This document shows, piece by piece, positions 35,709 through 49,382 of a stretch of 56,575 nucleotides of DNA. Every line of letters begins with the position of its first letter. Positions within the stretch are counted from its first letter, which is position 1. Both the position numbers and the translations under genes were made by a program. The stretch lies in NCBI GenBank assembly GCA_030324005.1, contig JARDVH010000124.1:22786401-22842975 (forward strand). The letters are read 5' to 3'. The notes under the pieces are model-generated. The model saw only the letters and a list, made by a program, of their open reading frames with translations. It was not told the DNA's origin and made no database searches. The DNA comes from Negaprion brevirostris (lineage: Eukaryota).

Positions 35709-38394
35709 AAGAGGCCAAAGACTAAATTTGTACCAGTGCAGAAATAATTTCTGGAGAGATCCTATGTAGGTAGTCACCAACTTGAAGGAGAAAACGTACC
35801 CTGAATTCACTATCTTTTTGCAAATCACAATCAACACATTTGTGTTTGATATTGGGGGAAGCCAACAAGTGGATGCTTAGCTCATCTGGACAAAATCTAA
35901 GTGAAGGTCACACCCACTGAACAGAGTGATGCTGACAGAGGCTTTGTACATTTCCTCTACTGGCTTTCTCTATTAAACACGTAATTTTCTAACATAAGGA
36001 ACCGCTTAATTTGTGAAAGGAATGGAAATAAATAAATATATTATGTATATAATATATATAGTATATATATATATATATATATAAAATTTAGTCTTTGCCC
36101 CAAAATAAATTTAAGCAGAGTACTTATCAGTGAGCTGGTTGGTGTGGCATTCCGTACACACATTTTACAGAAGACTGCTGGCTTTGTTATTACAAAATAC
36201 TGATGTGTGCTTTGACTTTTACTCAATGAGCTGGCCAATTGACACAAAGATTGGATGAATAATGTGACTGGAATAAGCTGATGTTTGTGTACGATGATGG
36301 CAGTGCACATTTAGGAATGTGCTGTGTATTTAATTCAGTTTGGGTTCTTTCTGCCACCTTTTCAGATTACTCTGGACATATGGGAACATGCTGCATCGGG
36401 TCAGAACCGGAAAGCCATCAATCTGTGGCAGAGCACGCAATAAAATACACAATCTCAAGAAAGACAGCCAAGCGGACATCTCATTTCTATCCTATTATGC
36501 TACAAGCTAAGTAAGAATTCAACTAATGTGTTGGACTATGCTTAACCAAGGCCAAGAATTACTTTCTCCAATTGTCCATTTATGTTAATGGACCTAATGG
36601 AAGGGGTTACATACTGTGCTTAGGTTATCAACAGCTCTAAATTCATGTGACAGCTTAAATTAAAAGCAATGCCAAAACAACTGCACACATTCAAAACTGC
36701 ATTCATGCAGCTCAAAAGTTGCAATTGCAGGACCATACTTTTGACTGCACAGCCTCCGTGACATCAAAGGATGGTTGAACAGGCCAATGNNNNNNNNNNN
36801 TTATCTCAGGATCATTATCCCCATCTTTAAAGCGGAGTTCTATTTCACGAGGTGCACATGCGCTCTCTCGTTTGTACTTTCGAAGTGCCTGTGACTGAAT
36901 GCTTACTGTGTCGAAGGTGCTTCCACAGCATTAAAAGGATATTCATTAGTTACACTGAGCAAGCATCCCAAGTGTTGGTTAAGATATTAAAAAACAAATT
37001 CACACTAGTATGACAATGTGGTCGGGTCATTGTGAGAATTGACACTCTGTAGATAAGATTTAAATGTATAGCTACTGTATACTAAATTCACCAACTCTAG
37101 GGATAAAACAAGGGCGTCCCTTACCAGGAACAGAAGCATTCACCTTTTGTGTCCTAAAACTGTGTCACCACAAAATAGAAGTAAGGAAATGAACAGGAGG
37201 TCAATCATGATCTGAACTAGACACTCCTATATGTAGCTCTCTCCATTTTTATTTTAACATTTGTTTGCAACTTTCTTTCTACTGCCACTGCAGGATAGTC
37301 TGATTTGACCGAGGGCAAAGTGTGAACTTCTGTACAATTCAAAACATTTCAATCAGCAAAGAATTCCAATTTCCCTTCTGGTTCATTTCCTATCCCTTGC
37401 ACTGTATCACACTCAAAATCTAAACGTTCCAGAAGCTATAGTGACAGAAAGGTGCATAGCAATTTAGTTCTCCTAAATTAAGGGGTATTTTAAACCTGTA
37501 AATTTAACACAGTAATTTTGTTTTTGAGAGAGATTTAAAACACTCAAGAATGTTACACACTCATTAAGTATTTGGAAAATTCTGTGCTTATCACATTGCC
37601 AAATATAATGTATAGAATGCTACATTGCTCATCCTTTCAAACACCCCATTTTTAAGATTTGCTGGTTTGCCAATACAGTTGTTGAACTTTTCCACATTGC
37701 GCTGCATTTTATGATTGGACGTGGAACATCTAAAAATTCTGTGATAGCTGACCACAGTGCAATGTGATCAACTGATAGGGTAGGGGTTTAGAGAGAATCA
37801 GCTCCAGTTTTTAAATTAATGGACAACACTGAACACATCAAGTCAATAAAACCAATCAATTCCATCAGTCATCAGCTGGCTTTCAAAGAGATAGTTTCCA
37901 CAAAAAATAGTAAAAACTGATACTCTCATGGAAGTGGATGTCAGTACAGAAAGCTGTGGAATAATTTGGAATCGCCTTCTCCACCCACTCTGCTACACCA
38001 GCAATTGTTGGAAGGCCAAAAAAAACTCCATATTTCAAGAACTGTTTTAATTCTTACAGCATTTATTTTCTTTTACTGTGTTAGAGAATCAATAATTTAT
38101 CCTTCCAAGAGTCAATGCCTCAAGTGTAAAAACTGAAAATATATATGGGCAAAACGCAGTCAGTGGGGCTCCTGCTGATCAAAAGAGAAGACAGATTTAA
38201 TAATTTCAGCAGGAATAAACTCTCAAACTATGAGACTCAAAATTTAAAACCCTGTCCACGGTCGATTTTCAGACTCCTGCATCCCCTAAAGGCCAACTGT
38301 TTGTTACAAGCCCAGATTGTGCGTGGAGGCAGGCAGAAACCAAAGGTTGTCGGGTGCAAGGGAGAACGAGCTCCTGCAGCCATTAAATTTAATT

Positions 38395-38560
38395 TTGAAA
38401 TTAGTCAACAAAGGAATGATCTGGATGCAAATTAAGGAAGCTGGAAGGTTATAGGCCAAGGACAGGCAGAAGGGATTAGTTTAATTTGGCGTCATGTTCA
38501 GCACAACATCATTGGGCTGAAGGGTCTGATCATGTGCTGTATCGTTCTGTGTTCTACGTA
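38395..38560 (+). mobile_element. CR1 LINE 3' tail fragment
   Basis: GGTTATAGGCCAAGGACAGGCAGAAGGGATTAG..GGGCTGAAGGGTCTGATCATGTGCTGTATCGTTCTGTGTTCTA. Confidence 0.65.
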
Positions 38561-38967
38561 CCAGGAGGTTCAAGTGTCCAGTAAGTAAAATGATCAGTGA
38601 ATATTAGTTTTTCTTTAGCAGTCCAAAGGCTCCTTGTAGGTACTTTTGTGACCAGTAGCCCCACTGATATATTAGTTGATGGCAGTCCAATAACTGATGT
38701 AACCTTCTATTACCACTGGAATGCTTCCTACTTTTGACAATGGGAGTCTATTACATGGATGAAAATATTAGATGCTTTGTGTGTCGCTACCTCAATAGAA
38801 AGGAGTGCAAGTCTTTTAAGTGGAAGAGCAGCCAGCCTATTACTACTTTGAGTAATTCCATGTTAAAGTGGCCTTTAACCTGTGATGTAACAACGAAGAT
38901 TATTACTCTCTGATCTGACTTAGTATGGCTCAAGTAGTGATAAGTGACTCTAGCCATAGGGTATAAT

Positions 38968-39129
38968 AAATATTAACTGCACTTTTCTGTCTGCAAGTGC
39001 TAAAATATTGTCCCTCGGGCTCCAACACTGATATAAAGTGTGCAATAATTGCAGCATGCTCTTGACACTTAGATATTCCCTTGGGGGCAATATTTTAACC
39101 ACTACAGCCTTGAAAAGCAGTCAATATTT
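38968..39129. repeat. Long imperfect palindrome (hairpin MITE-like relic)
   Basis: Left arm AAATATTAACTGCACTTTTC..GTGCTAAAATATTGTCCCTCGGG pairs with right arm CCCTTGGGGGCAATATTTTAACCAC..GAAAAGCAGTCAATATTT; inner stem ATATAAAGTGTGCAA/TTGACACTTAGATAT. Confidence 0.7.
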
Positions 39130-39450
39130 GTGGACAATATAAATGGTGCTGCAGTAAAAACTGCATTTCAAAATTGTGATGCACTATTTGCCAGTTCATT
39201 CATAAAGTGCAATACTTAGTTCTGAAATGGCATTTAGTTTATTTGCCTGTTTATTACAAAGACAATGCAAATCGCACATGTCAATCCTTCCATTGCGATT
39301 AAAGGGAGTATTAGGAAATGACAATGTTTGTCCTCATTGAGTGAAGACAAAGGCAGGATGATTAAAACAAAAGAACTGTTGAGAAAACACTTGGAGATCA
39401 TCATCTGCTTAAAACAAAAAGTTGATTGCCGCCAAGGCAATTGTACCCAC

Positions 39451-39537
39451 CTTGACATGGAAGCATTGACGGTGAGTGCAGTGGGGTAGGGATGCCGAAA
39501 TCCCCCTGTTGTGATTGGGTAAACAGGTTGACCTTGC
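39451..39537 (-). CDS. TCF7L2: tcf7l2 exon 8
   Basis: 87 nt, ttcag|..|gtgggt; QGQPVYPITTGGFRHPYPTALTVNASMS(R). Confidence 0.97.
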
Positions 39538-40146
39538 CTGAAAAGAAGAAAGGAAGAGAAAAAAAATAACTGGAAACTTCTGCTGATGTAAGCTCACTCT
39601 CATTTGACCAGAACAAAAAGTCTTGTTGATTTCACAGCCAGGATCAAAGGATGTAAATAAAGAACAATTTTAATGTGCTAAATCTGATAGAACCAGCTAA
39701 TTAAATTTTATAACCTCTGCTAATGTCAACAGAGACCTTCTCCCCAAGCTAAAACTAGGTGTTTTGTTGTGATAATTAAAGGAGAAGCGGCGTTTGCTTT
39801 AATGGAGCCATCACAATAATTGAGGGCTACAGATCCAAAAGAAAACAATAATGAATGTAAATTTATACCAAAATAAAATACATCAAATCAAAGAGCCGCC
39901 GTTCTGCTTCGGGCCTCTTTTGGTATTTAGAACTCAGTAGGAAAACATTAAATTAACAGTCCTTAATTTGTAGCCTTTTGTCATAGTAACCAGTGTTGAC
40001 AGGTGTTGCCAAGGGAGAAGCCCCATATGAATATGTGGGTACCCAGTAGCCAATCACAGCTCATTACAATAATTGCACAATACAGTAACATGCAAAATTC
40101 TACAAGAATTAAAAGAATAAAAAGAAAAAGAACTGGAACTGCTTAC

Positions 40147-40249
40147 TGTGGTACTAACCATCCTAGTGGATGGGGGATTTGGCCAACGGTACCTGGCGAG
40201 AGTGGATAATAGGGCGAAATATCTGAAGGATGCGGAGGCCTAGGAATTC
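40147..40249 (-). CDS. TCF7L2: tcf7l2 exon 7 with alternative donors (+/- LVPQ; short form ends at 40159)
   Basis: 103 nt; [31 protein letters not shown](LVPQ); donors TG|gttagt and CA|gtaagc are 12 nt apart. Confidence 0.97.
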
Positions 40250-42599
40250 CTAGGGAAAGATTAAAAAAAAACAAAAATTAACTTTCAAAAGCACAAGTGA
40301 TGGAACTAAGTTCAGAACTTCAAGTGTGCAACTGATCCAGTGAGCCTTCCTGTTTCCAATTCCAGCAACACTTGGATGGAGACTGCATGGCAAGCCTTCA
40401 ATGGCCCATTTGGTATGCAATCTCGATCTCTTTCTGCTGGAAGCTCACAACTCAACCTAATTGCTGTAACTGTTACTTGTAAAGTTCCCTTCCATTCAAC
40501 AACCCTGATACTTCCATAGTGTGACTTGAACATTCAGCTACGTCACTCCCAACTGCAACGCTTTGCAGCGCCATTTTAATAACGAGTGAATTTGATATTT
40601 ATGTTTAGTTTTAGAGAATCAGTAAACGTCTGAGCTTTATGGGAGCATTTTCACACCAGTGAAATCCAATGATTTTTGGTAACACAATGCTATGATTTGA
40701 TTTGATCCATTCCAAAACATTCATCCTTTGAAAATGATTACACAGGAATTATTATACTTCTTACGTGAAACATTTTTACATCTTTACTATATTACACATC
40801 TTTGTACGTTTTTTCACAGATATCTCAATTATGCCTATAGTCCAATTCATTATAGATTTATTATAGATGAGATTCACTTGACACTTGATCCAGTTGGTTC
40901 TTCCAAACTCAACTTTTGATTAATTCCAGCAAGCCATGCAGAAATATCTGGTAAGCTCAAAAGAATCTGTCAAACTTAATTTATACATATATCTCATTTT
41001 CAAAACACTATGTCCACGGCCATTTTCAAATCACAAGGTCTGGCCTACACCTGCTTTTTCACCCTGCAAATGAAAATCTTTTCCTTTACACCCACTCAGC
41101 CCTCACTAATCGCACAGCTCCCCCTCCGCTCATTCAACAAACTACACCCCCTCATGAAAACTGACATGCCACACTCACTGTCCCGAGCCATCCTGGGCCC
41201 TTGCTGCAAAGAAGTATTTACATTGGACCATGCAACCCTCTCAAATTAAAAACAATATGTTTTCTGGCTATTATAAGCACCATCTATCATAATCAATGCC
41301 AGGGTTGATTCATGTATAAAAATAGTAGAAATATTCCACTACATACCAGTCACACACTGATAGGTGCAAAACTATCCAATAACTGTTGGTGACATCTGGC
41401 CTGGGGCCACATATTCACAAGCAATTACCATTGTCTGCTGAAATCACAACTTTACAAGCATCTACAATTTGCCTTGATTTGTCTTTTAGATAGTTTCTCC
41501 ATGGAAATTATCTGAGAAATCGCAAAGAGTTGCCAGATTAAACACAGTTCCACCGCAGCAGCCAAATGTCACTATCAAGTCTCTTGTCTATCCAAAATAA
41601 TACCATGGGAGATCTGCTAATATCTTAATCTTGCCTTATTTCTAACATTTGACGTGCATCATTGAGAATTATTCCACACAGCTCGCACTGAAAGGCAGAA
41701 AGAGGGTCAAAGAATTTGTTATCCAGAAGTTCAGGTAAGGAGATTGCAACCATACATTCACTGACCCAAATTGTGATGTAATGTTGTAAAATGTATTCTG
41801 GACCAAATCCTTACAGTGAGTCATTTTAATCAAGTTTCCAAATATTTCTTCCAAAGCCCTCGAATCTCATTACATTTCCAACAGTTGAGGCTGTTTCCCT
41901 GCAGTTTTACTCCAGGCATGCTATGTGTTTCACTTATGGTGCATTGTGCACTACGAAGCTATTTGTTTCACTTACTGTGCATTTTGCACAATGAAGCTAT
42001 TTATGCCCCCAACTAATCCCACTGCGTAAAGAAGGGTCAACATGTGACATTAATCACATTTTTCCACAAACATTTCAACATCTCTCTCTTGTATGGCATT
42101 ATCTAACTGCACAATTTGTAGGACAGTAATGTTTACCTGGGTGCAGCCAGGGCAGTCAAGGCCACATGAAGCCAGCATAAATGTTCGGAATTCAATTTGC
42201 ACAGCCCCTGTGCAGTGTTAATTATTGATATGAAAACAGCTAGGGCACTTATTTATCATACAGACAGAAAATGACTTAATTAACTGCGACCAACAAATGA
42301 GGCTTTTTCCCTCCACAGTTTTCATCTGAAGCTACAATATATATTTTATAATTCATCCACAGTAGCTTCTTTTTGTGACATTAAATGCAAGATTATCATT
42401 TCTCTTTAAGGTACCAGACAGGAATTGATTACTTAAAAAATATAGAAAGCAAAATGCATACGCGTGGGGTAAGAGTATGTGTAAATGTGTGGGTGAGGTC
42501 AAGATAAAACAGCCTGCATGTAAGAGAAAAACATACGAGTAAATTGTATCAGAAACTCAAATAGGGAGGTTTTAACTAGATTAAAGCAGTTTCCTTAAA

Positions 42600-42895
42600 G
42601 GTCCAGGGTGTAAACTCACTGAATGCTGCAGTGCTGAGCCAGGGACTATGAGGTTACAATTCACAAGCTGTACTTTGTCAGGGCAGTGATGGAGGAGCTC
42701 CAAATTGGTCTTTCTTTCCCAAGATATGAGGTGGAGCTAAACAGCTAGTTTTGTTGCACCTGATCACTATCTTGCAATTCCCCACTGGATGATGGGCAAG
42801 GGCAGAATCAGTCTCAGCTAATGTTAGCCCCACCCCTGGCAAAGAAACTGTTGCCCAAGCTCATGTATGAAGAATGGTCACTTGCTGACACTGGC
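42600..42895 (+). mobile_element. Ancient SINE remnant (AmnSINE2-like core)
   Basis: CTGATCACTATC..GGATGATGGGCAAGGGCAGAATCAGTCTCAGCT..GCTCATGTATGAAGAATGGTCACTTG resembles the recalled AmnSINE2 consensus. Confidence 0.45.
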
Positions 42896-43065
42896 TGAAC
42901 TTAAAAGGAAAGGGATGGGAGAGAAAAATAGGCTTCAATGAACCAAAACTAACTTTCAATGTGAGTAAAGAAAACAGCAATGTACGGTCAAGAGCAACTT
43001 CACAAGTGAAACCAACAATTCAATTATGCCAAGTTTTGCCATTATATTACAACCATGACCATGGT

Positions 43066-43140
43066 ACAAAGAGTACTTTGCTGGCTGGAAGATGTTTTGA
43101 GATTGTGAAAGGCGCGATATAAACTCAAGTTCCTTCTTTC
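43066..43140 (+). mobile_element. SacSINE1/L2-type 3' tail fragment
   Basis: GTGAAAGGCGCGATATAAACTCAAGTTCCTTCTTTC. Confidence 0.55.
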
Positions 43141-44661
43141 ATAAGCATTTCAATCTTGCTTTGCCATTCAGCAACAGATGAAGGTTCATCTATTTACTTT
43201 CTAATTTGATTACAACCATATCTCTGAAAGGTTTGCCACAATTGGCATTGGAAACTGTCCTTTGACCTCACTACCAACAGAGATATATCGTCTTAGCTGT
43301 CATAATCTATAGGAATTGCACAATTTAAATACAATGGTGGCATGGCAATCAACGTGCTCCAGCACCCAGTAGAACTAAGTGTTTATATCTACAATAACTC
43401 CTCTTTTCACCTGCTCCTCTTCCTTCACCACCATCAACAACAGCCTGTGGTAGTTTTCATTGTGTCTTTGAGATAGGGTTGAGTGTAAAGGTTACAGAAT
43501 TTTGCCAGTTAACAGGTGAGTAATTGGCACCAACCTATGATGTGTGCCCCCAGCAGTAAACAGAGCGGTGCAGTATACAGCTGACCAGCTGAATGTGAGG
43601 CTGACAGTAGTAGTTTCATGAGTATTATATACTAGACAAAATCTACATCGAAAGGTATATGTTGTGTATGACATTGACCAAGACTAACACATGTTCAGCT
43701 GCAAGCAGCCAGGTCATGAGAGAGGTCAATATAACACAATGCTCAAAACTTCTAATAAAGTACACTCCCTCCTCATTTGAAAAACTTAAAACATCATAAT
43801 TTAAATGATAATGTATGCAATTTTCCTGAATATGATATGACTAAACTAAAATTAACAACACCTGAAATTTAACAAGTTGGATTCCAGACTGGTTTTACTA
43901 CGATCAGAACCAAAACATACATATGGCCAATATACGTGCGAAAATTGTTCTCCCTTAACATCAGCTATGCATTTAACAAAAACATAATTTGATAAAAAAG
44001 AATCAAAATAACTTATTTACTTCCTTGCCACATGCTTTCAAACAACTTATCTAAAGCTTCTTTCTCTTTATGCCTGAGTATCTCCTTCCATTTCCACGAT
44101 GTTACTCTCTCAATATCTGACTTTATCAACGCTGAACTTTGACTACCAACTCAATTTAATATTTGGGGCCATGGCATTAATTGCTTCCTTTTCTTCAAAA
44201 ACCCTGACTCACTTTGCTCTGCTGGTGAGATTCTGGAATACGGCCAACTTTTTCTTTTTGACTTCCACTTTGGACTCTAGGAAAATTTGAATTAAAGGAG
44301 AATTATCATGTTCATCTTTGGCCATATTTCCTCTTTCAATCAAATAACATACCTGATGGGGTCTTTCCCCAATCTTCACTAGATTTGTGAATGCACCTAA
44401 TATCTTTACACAACTCCAGTCACATACGTGTCCTTCACACTTTGACCAGCACTTTGTAAAACTTTTTCTCTTCAGTTTCATGGCTTCTTTATTTTGTCTT
44501 GCTTTTCTCTTACTTTGCTACTCATGTCAAGCTTAAGCAAATTAATTCTAGCCCTGGGAGTGCATTTAAACATTAAATCATTAGCTGAGCAACTTGTTGC
44601 TCAATTTGGAGTTATTCTGTAAGGAAACAGAAAATTGTCCAGTCCATGTCGAAGAAAAGCA

Positions 44662-45151
44662 CGGCCCTAAATTTTTTGGATAGTGGGGTCTCCCGTCCTG
44701 CCATCCGAAGGGTCCCCACCGACTCACAATTCCCACAGCCATTTCATTCTCAAATAAGCGTCAATCGCCCCTCGCTTGGGAAGAATTCCCAACCAGGAAG
44801 GTCTATCTGAACGGCTGGCAGCTCTCCAGTCCCAGCAGCGGACTGAAGGACTTCAGGAGACTTTAGTCCTGAGCGTAAGACCCGGGTCTGGATGGCAAGA
44901 TATGTTTAAGGGGTCGACTGGGGTGTCGGGGGAGAGGGAGATCCAGAGATCGCAGGCCCTCAAGCGGTGGGGGTACCTGAAGTCAGAAGGGTGTTTGATG
45001 GAGCCTGCCCTCTTTTCCCACCAAAGGTCCAACTTGGTTCATTTTTGGACTTCCCCCAGACCTGGTAAATGCTCCTGCCAATCTAAGAATTGAGGCTGAA
45101 TGGTAAATGGCCCTTAAGTAATCAATAATGGCTAAATAATCCATCAGTTTA
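44662..45151. mobile_element. GC-rich MITE/non-autonomous DNA transposon-like block
   Basis: Abrupt CpG-containing GC-rich block starting GGCCCTAAATTTT within an AT-rich intron; ends at an N gap. Confidence 0.4.
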
Positions 45152-45969
45152 NNNNNNNNNNNNNNNNNNNNNNNNNNNNNNNNNNNNNNNNNNNNNTTCT
45201 TCCAAGAAAGCAGACACTACTACCCCCGAATCAATAATAAAAGACATGAATCCCCGACTTTAATTTTTACCATGGGTACTGGAATTATATCTGCACCCAC
45301 ATTACTCTCATCCTCCATGTGCTGTTTTTCTTGCTCTCTGATGAATCTTTCTACACAATATCATCTCCTGAGCCCTAAACTGGATTTGGACCTACCAGAA
45401 CCTCACCTTAGTGCAAGGCTGCATTCTGGCTGTTTACCACAACACACAGCATTACTGCTTCCTGTACCCCTGCACATTATCTGTACTTGACTGACTTTCC
45501 CTCAGGCACTTAAATGATTGATGGTAAACTTGGCAAGACAGTAACTAAATCCCTGATTCAGTCTGCGATTTTGGCTTCCGAGGCATTCATCTTGCTGAAA
45601 TCAAGTGGAGCTTCCTGCCAGTACAGGGAAATAATTCCCTTGCAATAATCTCTTTTCTGCCATTCCCATTGCTGTGGCCTCAATGTAGGTCTCTTTCTAA
45701 TGACAACTCATTGCTTTTGGTCAAAAGTTATGGCCTGGATTTTATTGTTCAAACCTTACTTATACCCTCCCCCAACAGAGAGGGCATTAGAAACAGCACA
45801 GTAAACATGTGCTCAAATAATGCAATCTACTACAGTACGAATTCCTAAACTGTCCAAAGACTAGAGTAAAACAGTGGAGTGTTCTGCTAGTTTTAGAACA
45901 TCCAATAGCACTGTGCATTCTACAGAGCATCATGGTTCTGATGAGATCTGCATGATGTTCTTCCTTTAA

Positions 45970-46234
45970 TTCATTCATGGAGTGTTAGATTCACAGACTA
46001 GGCCAGCTTTGATTGCCCACCCCTCTTTGCTCTTGGGAAGATGGTGGAAATTCGTGTTGTTGAACTGCTGCAGTCCATTGGGTGTAGATACATCCATGGT
46101 GCATTTCGGGAGCGAGTTCCAGGGTTTTGATACAGCAACAGCAAAGGGAAGGCAATATAGTTCCAATTGAGCATAGTGTGCGGCTTATAGGAAAGTTTAC
46201 AGGTGATGGTGTTCTCATGCATCTGTTGACCCAG
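45970..46234 (-). mobile_element. RTE/RTEX-like LINE 3' end
   Basis: Inverted homolog of 54040-54490; SKPWNSLP motif and GGACTGCAGCAGTTCAA..GGCAATCAAAGCTGGCCTAG tail. Confidence 0.6.
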
Positions 46235-46244
46235 NNNNNNNNNN

Positions 46245-46655
46245 GAATAGGTCATTCTGCCCTTTAAGTCTGCTCCGCCATTTAATATTATGGCCGATCT
46301 GCTTGTGACCTCCACTCCACATTCCACCAACAACTGTAGCAAAAAATCCCTATTTATACATACCAGTCGCCTTACCATAAATGACAACATTCCATTAGCC
46401 TCCCAAATCACTTGGTATACTTGCATACTAACTTTTCTCAATTCACGCACCACAATACCCAGATCCCTCTGCACCACCAAGTTCTTCAATCTCGCTCCAT
46501 TTAAATAATATGCTTTTTTTTCATTCTTCCTGCCAATGTGGACAAGTTCATCTTTTCCCATAAATATATTCCATCTGCCAAATTTTTGCCCACTCACTTA
46601 ACCAATATCTCTTTGCAGACCCCTATTGTCCTTTTCACAACTTACTTTCCTGCCT
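46245..46655 (-). mobile_element. CR1 LINE fragments
   Basis: ORF track: HIGRKNEKKAYYLNGARL..VQRDLG..ANGMLSF, typical of the CR1 ORF2 C-terminal region. Confidence 0.8.
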
Positions 46656-47093
46656 AGGCACGGTAAAGGTAAAGTCAACATAGCCCCGGATGACCATAGG
46701 TTGCTCTGTCCTTTGAGGGGGGGAGAGCTGACTGGCAGTGTTTTAACCTGAGACTAGTAGGATTGCTTTATGCAGAAGGTCAGACAAAAGTGAACTGAAG
46801 GTGTCAGTACCACTTCTATAAACTGGATGTTAACCTTCCCCCATTGTATTTAAAAGCAGCAAATTCTTTCCACTTTGTGATTTGAGTTTGTTCTATAGAA
46901 TTCCATACTCATTACCAGCTGCCCAATAAGGATGCATCTGCAATAATGCCCAAGTGGCTTATAAACCTCTAAACTAGTAAAACACCAAACAGCCTTCTCC
47001 AGAGTTCAAAACTGTACAATAAGCAAAGCAACTAATCTGTACACCCAACTTAAATGACATGGTTATCTCCAATCTTTGAAAGTTTTTGAAAAT

Positions 47094-47391
47094 GGGCAGC
47101 ATGGTGGCACAGTGGTTAACACTGCTGCCCCACAGTGCCAGGGTTTGATTCCACCCTCGGTTGACTTGTCTATGTGGAGTTTGCACGCCCTCCCTGTGTC
47201 TGCGTTGGTTTCCTCCCACAGGCCAAAGATGTGCGGGTAAGATCAATTGGCCATGCTAAATTGCCCCGAGCGTCAGGGGCATTAGCAGGGTAAATGTTTG
47301 GCATTACAGGAATTGGGGCTGGGTGGGATTGTGGCTGATGCAGGCTTGATGGGCCAAATGGCCTCTTTCTGCACTGTAGGGACTCTATGAT
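47094..47391 (+). mobile_element. HE1-type V-SINE
   Basis: GGGCAGCATGGTGGCACAGTGGTTAACACTGCTG head; tail GATGGGCCAAATGGCCTCTTTCTGCACTGTAGGGACTCTATG. Confidence 0.9.
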
Positions 47392-47691
47392 TAAAATTTG
47401 ATTTGAAGGTCTGGGACATCAGACTTTCACTACTGCATTTGTGTAATCAACTCAGTATTTTAGATCAGAAAGGCCCAGATTTTGTACTGGTAACGATGAT
47501 CGAACAGTCATGGGTGACTTGAATCTTAAAATCAATTGGACAAATCAACTTTCGAAGACAGACTGGAGGGCTGAGTTCACAGAGCGTATTCAGGACAGTT
47601 CCTTAGAACAATACATTAAGGGATCTAACAGGGAACAAGCTACTTTAGGCCCGGTAACAAGACAGCATTAATCCAAGACCTCATTACAAAG

Positions 47692-48039
47692 GCGGCATGG
47701 TAGCACAGTGGTGAGCACTGCTGCTTCACAGCTCCTGGGTCCCGGGTTCGATTCCCAGCTCAGTTCACAGTCTGTGCGGAGTTTGCACATTCTCCTTGTG
47801 TCTGCGTGGGATTCCTCTGGGTATTCCGGTTTCCTCCCACAGTCCAAAGATGTGCAGGTTAGGTTGATTGGCCATGCTAAGAACTGCCTCTTAGTGTCCA
47901 GGGAAGCGCAGGTTAGAGGGATTAGTGGGTATAATATGTGGGGATATGGGGATAGGGCCTGGGTGGAATTGTATTCAGCATGGACTCAATGGGCCGAAGG
48001 GCCTCTTTCTGCACTGTAGGTTTCTATGATTCCTATGAT
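47692..48039 (+). mobile_element. HE1-type V-SINE nested in CR1
   Basis: Complete head, V-domain and tail GGGCCGAAGGGCCTCTTTCTGCACTGTAGGTTTCTATGATTCCTATGAT. Confidence 0.9.
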
Positions 48040-49382
48040 CCTCACAGCAAGAGTGAACATAACATCATGGATATCCAATTCAGTTTGAGAAATAGAATTG
48101 TGGGGCCATGATGAGTGTCTTAAACTTAAAGAAACAACAAGAGAGAGTTGGCTAAAGTTCACTGGGTAAATAAGTTAAGAGAGAAGATGATAAGAGAAGC
48201 AGTGACAGACATTTCAGGTTATATTTCGTAACTCTCAACAAGGATATATTCCACTGAGGAAGAATGATTCGACCAGAAAGAAATACCATCCATGGCTAAC
48301 TAAAGAACATGACTCAAAGAAAAAGCTTACAATGCTGTGAAGATTAGTGGTTGGCCAGGGGATTGGGAAAGTTTTAGGAACCAGCAAAGGGTTAATAAAA
48401 AATAAAAAGGGAAAAATTGGAGTATGAGAAAAAAACACTAGAAACGTGAAAATTAAACAGCAAAAGCTCCTACAAGTGTGTACACAGAAAAAAAGTGAAG
48501 CTTAAGTAACCATTGAACCCTTAGAGGATGAAACTAGGGAATTAATCATGGCAAACAAGGAAATGGCAGAAACTTTGCACAATTATTTTAATCTGTCTTC
48601 ACTGCAGAAGACATAAAAAAAGCATCTCAAAAATAGTGAATCAGTGGCAAAAGGAAGAGAGGAATTTAAAACTTTCACTAAAGAAAAATATAATGGAAAT
48701 ACTAATGGAATTGGCATGGCTAAAAAGTTCCCTGGAGGTGACGGTCTACTACCTCAGATCTCTAAAAGAAGTGGTTGTAGAGATAATGGATCTGTTGGTT
48801 GCAATCTTTCAAAATTCACTATATTCTGGAAAGGAGCCAGCAGATTGGAAAACTGCAAATGCAACTCTGTTCAAAAAGGGAGGGAAATAGGAAACAGAAA
48901 AAAAATAGACCAGTTGTTAGCCTAACGTCCATTGGGGGCATGCCACAAAAGTATTATTGAAGTAGTACCAGCGCATTTAGAAAATCATAACACCAGCAGA
49001 GTCAACATGGTTATTAAAGGGAAATTATGCTCAACAAATTTATTAGAATTCTTTGAGGAAGTAACAAACAGAATTAAAGGTGAAGTGTATTTGCATTGTC
49101 AGGTGGCATTCAATGATGTGTCATGTAAAAAGTACACAAGAACTCATGGCGTTTGGGGGCAGGGTGGGGGAATATATTAGCATGGATAAAAGATCGGCTA
49201 ACTAACAGGAAATGGTGAGTCATGATAAGTGGGTCATTTTCAGGTTGGCAAACTGATTAGTAGAGTGTCACAGGGAACAGTGCTAAGGCCTCAACTAGTT
49301 ACCGTCTAAACGAATGATTTGGATGAAGGGACAACTGTATTGTAGCCAATTTTGTTGATATGAAATACTTTCCCTTACGTTT

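Noticed and set aside
23819-40249. Assignment to tcf7l1, tcf7 or lef1
   Set aside because: Paired CRARF/CRALF exons, the 25-nt exon, the MEAY M-tail and the SLVTKSLE end are characteristic of TCF7L2.
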